Positions 1-6,223 of a DNA stretch of 6,223 nucleotides are shown here, one piece after another. The DNA is from Takakia lepidozioides. Taxonomy: Eukaryota > Plantae > Bryophyta. Numbering within the stretch: position 1 is the first letter of the stretch; each line of letters starts with the position of its first letter. The notes beneath the pieces are model-generated. The model ran no database searches, was not told the DNA's origin, and saw only the letters and a program-made list of their open reading frames with translations. The stretch spans positions 1 through 6,223 of the forward strand of contig JAKLZA010000077.1 of assembly GCA_030704615.1 (NCBI GenBank), read 5' to 3'. The position numbers were made by a program, and so were the translations under genes.

Positions 1-1598
1 CTTCAGGGGCACCTGTGTGAGGGTGAAATGAACCCTTCACTGCCAGCTCAGACAGTGTGCGGCAACGCACACTGTTTGAGCTGAACATTTCAATGTTCTA
101 AGGTGCAAAATTTGGACTTCAGGGGCACGTCTCTGAGGATGAGATCAACCCTTCACTGTCAGCCCAAAAAGTGTGCGGCAACGCACACTGTTTGAGCTGA
201 GCACTTCAATGTTTCTTGGTGCAAAATTTGGACTTCAGGGCACGTCTCTGAAATGAACCTGTGCTGCCAGCTCAAACAGTGTGCGGCAACGCACACTGTT
301 TGAGCTGAACATTTCAATGTTTTTAGGGTGCAAAATTTGGACTTGGTCTGTTTGTGATGGTGAAATGAACCCTTCACTGCCAGCTCAGACAGTGTGCGGC
401 AACGCACACTGTTTGAGCTGAACATTTCAATGTTTAAGGGTGCAAAATTTGGTCTTTGCTGACTGTATCTGAGGATGAAATGAATCCTTCAAAACCAGCT
501 CAACAGCGTGCGGCAACGCACACTGTTTGAGCAGACCTTTCAATGTTTTAGGGTTCAAAAATTTGGTCTTGATGTCTGTTATGTAAGGGTGAAATGAATC
601 CCTTCACTGCCAGCTCAGACAGTGTGCGGCAACGCACTCTGTTTGAGCTGAACACTTCAATGTTTCAGGCTGCAAAATTTGGACTTCAGGGGCACCCCTC
701 TGAGGATGAGATGAATCCTTCACTGTCAGCCCAAACAGTGTGCGGCAACGCACACTGTTTGAGCTGAGCATTTCAATGTTTCTGGGTGCAAAATTTGGAC
801 TTCAGGGGCACCTGTGTGAGGGTGAAATGAACCCTTCACTGCCAGCTCAGACAGTGTGCGGCAACGCACACTGTTTGAGCTGAACATTTCAATGTTCTAG
901 TGTGCAAAATTTGGACTTCAGGGGCACGTCTGAGGATGAGATGAACCCTTCACTGTCAGCCAACAGTGTGCGGCAACGCACACTGTTGAGCTGAGCACTT
1001 CAATGTTTCTTAGGTTGCAAAATTTGGACTTCAGGGGCACCTATCTCAGGATGAAAATGAACACTGTGCTGCCAGCTCAAACAGTGTGCGGCAACGCACA
1101 CTGTTTGAGCTGAAAGCATTCCCATTTTGGTGCAAAATGGTTTGATGTCTGTATGTGAGGGGTGAAATGAACCCTTCACTGCCAGCTCAGGACAGTGTGC
1201 GGCAACGCACACTGTTTGAGCTGAACATTTCAATGTTTAAGGTGCAAAATTTGGTCTTGATGTCTGTTATCTGAGGATGAAATGAACCCTTCAAAACCAG
1301 CTCAAACAGCGTGCGGCAACGCACACTGTTTGAGCAGACCTTTCAATGTTTTAGGGTTCAAAATTTGGTCTTGATGTCTGTTATGTTAGGGTGAAATGAA
1401 CCCTTCACTGCCAGCTCAGACAGTGTGCGGCAACGCACTCTGTTTGAGCTGAACACTTCAATGTTTCAGGTGCAAAATTTGGACTTCAGGGGCACCCCTC
1501 TGAGGATGAGATGAATCCTTCACTGTCAGCCCAAACAGTGTGCGGCAACGCACCTGTTTGAGCTGAGCATTTCAATGTTTCTGGGTGCAAAATTTGGA
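1..1598. repeat. Higher-order repeat: two 799-bp copies (1-799, 800-1598) of a 7-monomer block
   Basis: Diagnostic variants recur every 7 units: CACCTGTGTGAGGG in units 1/8, CACGTCT..GAGGATGAGAT in 2/9, CTGTGCTGCCAG in 3/10, TCAAAACCAG...CAGCGTG...GAGCAGACCTTT in 5/12, CGCACTCTG in 6/13, and GGCACCCCTCTGAGG in 7/14. CTTCAGGGGCAC phase markers fall at 1, 800 and 1599. Confidence 0.92.
268..307. repeat. Representative perfect inverted repeat: 18-bp stem with GCAA loop (also perfect at 1073-1112; near-perfect in the other units)
   Basis: CAGCTCAAACAGTGTGCG (268-285) is the exact reverse complement of CGCACACTGTTTGAGCTG (290-307); the loop is GCAA at 286-289. Confidence 0.98.
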
Positions 1599-1905
1599 CT
1601 TCAGGGGCACATTTCTGAGGTATAAAATGAACCCTTCACTGTCAGCTCAAACAGTCTGCGGAACCGCACACTGTTTAGGCAGAACATATGAATATTGAAG
1701 GGCGCAACTTTCGGCCCTCATGGGCAGATATTTGAGCAGAACTTTTCAATGTTTTTCCCTGTGAAAATCGGGAACATAGTGCAGGTCCGTGAGGATCAAT
1801 GAACACTTACCTGGCAGCTCAAAGAACACTTACCTTTATCCTTCATGCATCGGTCGACGTTTCATTCCTCTCTTTAAGAATTTGAGTGAACAACCTTGCA
1901 GGAGA

Positions 1906-2491
1906 ATGCAAAGTGTGGCGGATGAGGTCCCTCAGGGTCAGGGGAAGAGACCATAGTTGATGTTGACGATGAGTTTTATGAAAGCAAAGCCGCTGAGATG
2001 CTGGGGGGTCAAAAGGTGAACTCTCAGCTTGTGGTTCAAAGTATGCTTGCTCCTGGTGGGAGGTTGAAGATTCCCCTGTGTAGGTTGGTTTCCATGCCCG
2101 TCGTTCGTCCACCCCTTGTCAAAGACATTCTCAAGCTGGAGGCCGAGTTTGTTCATGGGTATTGGATGGATCCGCAGTCTTTTACGTTTCTACTAGGGAT
2201 TCTAGAGGTAACGAGCTCCTTTTGGATGAGTCAATCGTCGACTCCTGGGACCCCATTTGGAGACAGGTGAACGAATCCTTCGAACTTCTTCTCTCCAGGA
2301 AACCTTCCACCCAAGTATTCTCGGGGAAGATGTTTCACGTTTGGGATGGCAACCACCGGTTGCTTGCATGGATGGCTGTCATTGGGAGGCTGCACTCACA
2401 GGAGGAAGAGTGGCATTACTCTGTCGATCGATGGTGCTTGATTGTGACGACAACATGATGGGTCTTCTGACGGCAATGAATATGTGAACAG
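1906..2491 (+). CDS. Exon encoding the ParB/Sulfiredoxin-like N-terminal domain
   Basis: Stitched across single-base shifts near 1950, 2161, 2428 and 2481: MQSVADEVPQGQGKRP/IVDVDDEFYESKAAEMLGGQ...RLKIPLCRLVSMPVVRPPLVKDILKLEAEFVHGY/LDGSAVFYVSTR...GKMFHVWDGNHRLLAWMAVIGRLH...WHYSVD/MVLDCDDNMMGLLTAMN. A hydrophobic strand followed by DGxHR and a helix is the ParB/Srx nucleotide-binding signature. The upstream IPL..L...VR....I.KL pattern resembles the ParB N-terminal segment. Confidence 0.75.
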
Positions 2492-5400
2492 GTTGGTTCT
2501 CATTGTACATGTTGCACTTCTGGTTCCGTTCTTCCATTCAAGTCCTTGAATTACATTCTGAAATTCAGATATCATTCTGCAGAGGACGGAGACATCGCAT
2601 GTCAAAACGAGTCTGGTTCACACACTGTATAGGATACAAAGGATCGGGCAGATGCCCTTGACCAACTTCAAGACCATCCTTTCGGCAGAGATGTATAAGA
2701 AATGCGAAAGCTCCAAGACTTCGGAAACATGGTACTCGTTGACCCGTGAGGCTTTCATGGAGTACATGTACACGGTGAGATACATCTTCCTTCATCTGGC
2801 CTTTCCATATTCCTGCTTCCACATGTTTGTTTCTGTCTGTCTCCCTTGACCTTGGATTGATGCAACTCTCTTGCATTCCTTGCAGCAAGACATTGCAGAT
2901 GCAGGGGAGCGTGGCAAACTGGAATACTACAGCTCTACCCCTGAGGAGAGAAGGACAGCAAAGGGGGTTGAAAGTCACATCCAGAAGGAGATGAACGCTA
3001 CAAGAAGGACAATAATGAGTGCTTTTGTGAAGCAGTTGAGAATGGCCGACCCATCATTCGGGCCGCAGTTTCTCCTGGAGATAAAAACCATTATAACAAC
3101 GCCAGGCAAGCCGGAGATGGCCCAGGAGAAGTTGCACAGGTTGTCTACCGCCGTCGTGTCTTCTGAACAGAAGGTGAAGTGGCTACAGATATGGAACTCC
3201 GATCCCACAGTTAGGGATACCCACATGTTCCCAAGGCCAGAGAAGGAGAAGAAGACCCAGCGTGTCGTTCCTGTCAGTGACAATGTGCTGGACACCTGGC
3301 TTCAAGGCCACTTACTGGAGCCAGGTGTGATGTCCTCGTATCTCACTTTCTTTTCTCCCTGTCCTTCTCTTCCCATTGCCTCTTACATTCGCTGTGACTG
3401 TTTTTGGGTTCATTCTTCCATTTCAATTTTTTTGCAGTTGGAAGAAAGGCCCGATCGGTTCTGCATACTCAGCTGGCTGACTATGGCATCACTATGACAG
3501 CTCCGAAGGTCTCCTTCGAAGCATACATGAGGAAATGGAGAGCCACAGTGTGGCACTCTGGTTTCTTTAGAGAGTTCAGCAAGGAGGGTGGCATCAGTCG
3601 AACAAATGAGCTTGACCAGCAGGAAAAAGGAGAGGAAGCCTGGAAACGATGCCTTTACAGGTGCACACCCTTGCACTCTTTGCTTGTGTTGTGGTTGCAA
3701 TGTGTTGTGTGGCATACTGTTTAAGGGGTCTTCCTGGTGTGTTGAAAAAGCTGGGACACAATATGTGCATTGGAAAATGAGGCTGTCTGTTCCTGCAGGT
3801 ACATTAAGTTTGTTCTCTTGGAAGAGAATTGCTGGACAAACATCCAGATTTCGTGGACCTTTGGCTTGTCCCTGCTGGCAACCAGACCATGTTCACTGCT
3901 GGGATCTTGCATGACTGGGGTCCAGACCATCTTTCTTCTTGTGGTTGGTATTTGGATTGCCCTCCTTCAGAGACCCCAGCTGTAGAGTTGTCTTTGAGGA
4001 GAGAGAATGACCGTATTGCAGCCACTGCCGCAGCAGCGGACCTCGACATTCATGAGCGTAATCTGAGGACTCTTGCAGAGAAGGAGCCTCCCGCTCAGGA
4101 TACCCCGGGTAGAGGAAGAAGGCAAAGGAAAAGATGTTGCTGTTTGTGGGAAGGGAGGGGTAGAGGGAAGGTGGCACAAGGGCAGGGAAGTGTTGCAGCT
4201 ATTTGGCCCTGTGGAGCATGTCCAGCAGACTCCACCGCATGGTAGGGGATCCGGTGAGAAAAAACAAGGGGTGTGGTTGATCCCAAGGACCCGTACCATG
4301 CAGTGGAACATCCCACGAGGGTCATTCGTCCAACCAGGTTGGAGATTGCCAACGTCGGGTTCCTTGCAATGATGGAGTCGAAGAAATCTGATTACAAGGG
4401 CGAGCCATCACCAGTGTGGGAGAGGATTGTCGAGTTCCTCAGCACGGTGCGTGTTCTCTTTGGGTTCTGTGGCTTCTGCTCTCTTTGTCTGCTGTGGGCA
4501 TGGATCGTTTATAAACTTGTCAGAATTCCATTGTATTTTTGTTTGCAGGCTAAAATGACCAAATCGTGGGTGAACGGGAAGGAGAAGCCATATGCAGCGG
4601 AACTCATCATCTTGGACATCCCTGATGGGTTGGCAGTCCCGGATATCCCTCCATCGGGTGCTTGTCCGGGTTGGAATGCATTTGATGAGCGCTACTGGCG
4701 GTGGGTTTTTTCCTTTTGCAATTCTTCCTTTCCGATGCAGGTGTTTTGGTTCTCATCCAGTCCATCGATGTTCGGTGTCGCCGTGCCCTTGCCAGCTATT
4801 TGAAAGCCTCGGGCATGAGAGTCGTGAAGACATGGAATTGTGTGAACAGCATGTACCTTACGAAGGGGGATCGTCCGGAGAGATGGTGAGTTTCCCTTCT
4901 TCTTCCTCTTCTTTTTTGTTCTGGGATTGTGTTGTATAGGTCGCTCAACTCATATGTAGGGCCCGATTTTATTTTGGTTCTTAGTTCCTTGTGGATGTCA
5001 TGTTCGCAGACTCGTCTGTTTGAAGCTGTTTGTCTCGTCCGGGTGCATCCACCAACGACTCCGGCCGGCATTACGGAGTTTGCCATCACTCACGCGGGGC
5101 AAGTTCATAGATGACAGGACAGATCCTCCCACGGATGACATGCATCACAACTACGTCGACAGCAACGTGTGCTTGCGAAGGGGGAATGGGGTTCCTTGGA
5201 GAGGGGCGAGGGAGAGGAGCCCGGCTTTCATTCAACGATTGTGGAGTGCTGCACCTACACAGACGCCAGAGTTCTGGATTTGTCGATGGGCACGGTTCGT
5301 CTCTTCAACATTCACATTTCATGAGGTTTGATTGAGCTTGCACTTTCAGCACTTTCCACCGTTCCGAATGTGTCTTCAATGTCTGCTTACTTCATTCTAT

Positions 5401-5604
5401 TCCACTGCAGGTGCTTCGTACCACGCTTGCAAGGCCAGTGCGCGACATGTCTTTGGGATTGAAGGGGATGCTGAGATTTACAAGAACCTCCTGATGGGTT
5501 TGGGTGGACACACTTCTCAGGTCCTTCCGAAGCCCCGTCCCGCTGATACTGGTACAGAGGAGACTTCTGACAAGGAGCTGGACTCCGACTTTGCCTGTGA
5601 GTAA
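1906..5604 (+). CDS. Multi-exon gene for a ParB/Srx-fold + beta-class amino-DNA-methyltransferase-like fusion protein (~970 aa; frameshifted as given)
   Basis: Manual exon model: 1906-2491, ~2583-2774, 2886-3324, 3438-3660, 3799-4446, 4549-4885, 5010-5294, 5411-5604. Introns 2-5 join in consistent phase without any correction. Conserved motifs are DGNHR (2345-2359), DIPD (4615-4626), VLDLSMGT/G (5271-5294 plus 5411) and RHVFGIE. About 12 frameshifts are needed. The start codon and last exon are uncertain, and the gene could be a pseudogene. Confidence 0.8.
2492..2582 (+). other. Spliceosomal intron 1
   Basis: AACAG|GTTGGT ... ATTCTGCAG|; T-rich; exact acceptor/phase uncertain because of a nearby indel. 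Confidence 0.7.
2583..4446 (+). CDS. Middle exons (2583-2774, 2886-3324, 3438-3660, 3799-4446): uncharacterised, probably helical region followed by a low-complexity charged linker
   Basis: Open frames between GT/AG sites: RTETSHVKTSLVHTLYRIQ...EYMYT | QDIADAG...WLQGHLLEP | VGRKARSVLH...WKRCLYR | YIKFVL/ELLDKHPDFVDLW...EEEGKGKDVAV...WERIVEFLST. The first three exons have no internal frameshift. I do not recognise a named domain. Confidence 0.72.
2775..2885 (+). other. Spliceosomal intron 2
   Basis: ACG|GTGAGA ... TTCCTTGCAG|; phase 0, joins the frames correctly; pyrimidine-rich. Confidence 0.85.
3325..3437 (+). other. Spliceosomal intron 3
   Basis: CCAG|GTGTGA ... TTTTTTTGCAG|; phase 1, joins ORF 2871..3497 to ORF 3404..3724. 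Confidence 0.85.
3661..3798 (+). other. Spliceosomal intron 4
   Basis: TACAG|GTGCAC ... GTTCCTGCAG|; phase 2, joins the frames correctly. Confidence 0.8.
4447..4548 (+). other. Spliceosomal intron 5 (102 bp, in frame, no stop)
   Basis: ACG|GTGCGT ... TTTTTGTTTGCAG|; phase 0; T-rich. Confidence 0.8.
4549..5604 (+). CDS. Exons encoding a beta-class (motif IV before motif I) N6A/N4C DNA methyltransferase-like domain
   Basis: AELIILDIPDG (motif IV position, canonical DPPY), FLSDAGVLVLI (motif VI-like LKPxG), GMRVVKTW, WRGARERSPAFIQ/IVECCTYTDARVLDLSMGT|GASYHACKASARHVFGIEGDAEIY (matches the KP..L...I...T...VLDPFxGxG...A....R...GIE pattern of the N6_N4_Mtase family). The motif I segment (5238-5294) is in a frame not shown in the ORF track and is split by an intron. 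Confidence 0.82.
4886..5009 (+). other. Spliceosomal intron 6
   Basis: ATG|GTGAGT ... GTTCGCAG|; strongly pyrimidine-rich 5' part; needs one base restored just upstream for phase agreement. Confidence 0.75.
5295..5410 (+). other. Spliceosomal intron 7, interrupting methyltransferase motif I
   Basis: CACG|GTTCGT ... CCACTGCAG|; joining gives MGT-G-ASY if one G is restored in the GG run at the donor. Confidence 0.78.
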
Positions 5605-5748
5605 GTTGAACCTGTGCATGCTTGCATTGTTGTTTCAATATCGAGAATCGCTGTTCTTGAGGCAAAGTGCACATGGGAGACATCCTCTTCGTTGGACTTG
5701 TGCATTGCATCATTGTGTTAAAAATGGGAATTTTGTGGACATGTGTAG

Positions 5749-5990
5749 GAGTCCGCGTGCTTCCACTTGCCCTCCTGGGCTATCACACCTATTTGGACTT
5801 GTTTTCAGTCCTCCTCGTCTTGTGTGCTACCTGTCTATGCGGAGGCACTCGCGCAGCAAGCATGTCCGTTCATGGCACTCAGAGTCCACCTTGCGATGGC
5901 CTTCGTAGAACACGTGGTGTTGGGGCCAGAATCTTTGTAGATGACATAGCACAGGAGGTGGACATTGATTGTGATGACTGCGACACTTGA
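5749..5990 (+). CDS. Possible additional terminal exon (acidic C-terminal tail)
   Basis: Consensus donor GA|GTAAGT at 5601 overlaps the TAA stop, and there is an acceptor TGTAG| at 5748. The phase-2 join reads CE-SPRASTCPPGLSHLFG...; a different frame ends RRTRGVGARIFVDDIAQEVDIDCDDCDT* (5990), followed by AT-rich UTR-like sequence. Reaching 5990 requires a further frameshift. Confidence 0.4.
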
Positions 5991-6223
5991 TATGAAGTAT
6001 TCTTTTGGTTTAATTCTGGGACAAATTTGAAATGGGATGGTTGTGTGTCCTTATTGTCCTCTTTGCAATGTGTTGCATGGAATTCACATTCATGGTTCCA
6101 AACTATTGTTGGAGATGGGGGTTGCATGGACTGCCCGGATTGTTCCTTTCAATATATTTAGTTGTTTTGTGGACCTCACAGACTTGAGTACAATTGCAAA
6201 AACAAACAAACCACTTTGTTTCT

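Larger units (their letters stand above)
1..1823. repeat. Tandem array of ~115-bp units, each containing a 40-bp palindrome; runs off the left edge of the window and degenerates after ~1600
   Basis: Loop GCAA of the motif GTGCG-GCAA-CGCAC starts at 62, 178, 286, 399, 513, 629, 745, 861, 973, 1091, 1202, 1316, 1430 and 1545, with a degenerate copy (GAAC) at 1661. Spacing is 108-118 bp (mean ~114). Inter-palindrome segments are homologous to each other (TTCAATGTT...GGTGCAAAATTTGG...TGAAATGAACCCTTCACTG). Confidence 0.98.

Noticed and set aside
268-307. Identity with the bacterial parS consensus or a Rho-independent terminator
   Set aside because: The AAACA/TGTTT half-sites are in the opposite arrangement and spacing to TGTTTCACGTGAAACA, and there is no U-tract after the stem. 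Only a functional analogy to parS is proposed.
322-328. Plant telomere motif TTTAGGG in a few monomers
   Set aside because: Single isolated copies in a variable part of the unit, not a telomeric tract.
159-1233. Minus-strand ORFs 159..425 and 1000..1233 (CSAQTVCVAAHC repeats)
   Set aside because: These are translations of the satellite; the frame is not maintained between units.
1-1680. CRISPR array or guide-RNA array (constant palindromic repeat plus spacers)
   Set aside because: The ~75-bp inter-palindrome segments are homologous to each other and recur with a 7-unit period rather than being unique spacers. No cas genes are present and the context is eukaryotic.
4447-4548. Hydrophobic transmembrane-like peptide in ORF 4273..4803 (VLFGFCGFCSLCLLWAWIVY)
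   Set aside because: It is read-through of a T-rich in-frame intron bounded by good GT/AG sites.
1843-6127. The many minus-strand and alternative-frame ORFs overlapping the gene
   Set aside because: They are short, lack recognisable motifs, and are explained as shadows of the + strand spliced gene, whose splice signals are all on +.
6204-6221. AAACAAA-CCAC-TTTGTTT inverted repeat at the window end
   Set aside because: A low-complexity 7-bp AT-rich stem, expected by chance; it cannot be assigned as a terminus without flanking sequence.

Overview
The window looks eukaryotic and has two parts. (1) Positions 1-~1823 hold a tandem array of ~115-bp units. Each unit is built around a 40-bp palindrome (CAGCTCAAACAGTGTGCG-GCAA-CGCACACTGTTTGAGCTG; 14 clear copies plus 1 degenerate). 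The units form two 799-bp copies of a 7-unit higher-order repeat and then decay toward the right. (2) Starting ~80 bp after the array is a + strand gene with at least 7 GT-AG introns (~1906-5604, possibly a further exon to 5990; roughly 970-1050 aa by my manual reconstruction). It encodes an N-terminal ParB/Sulfiredoxin-fold domain (VWDGNHR), an uncharacterised middle region, and a C-terminal beta-class amino (N6-adenine/N4-cytosine) DNA methyltransferase-like domain (LIILDIPDG ... FLSDAGVLVL ... VLDLSMGTG ... RHVFGIEGD). The ORF track misses this gene because it is split by introns and about a dozen frameshifts, mostly single-base losses. These suggest error-prone long-read sequence, although a recent pseudogene is possible. 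A prokaryote/phage-type ParB-MTase fusion that has acquired spliceosomal introns and sits against a palindrome array is the main candidate for an undescribed system, probably part of a larger mobile element. No transposase is visible in the window. A non-seed-plant origin is my guess and is unverified.
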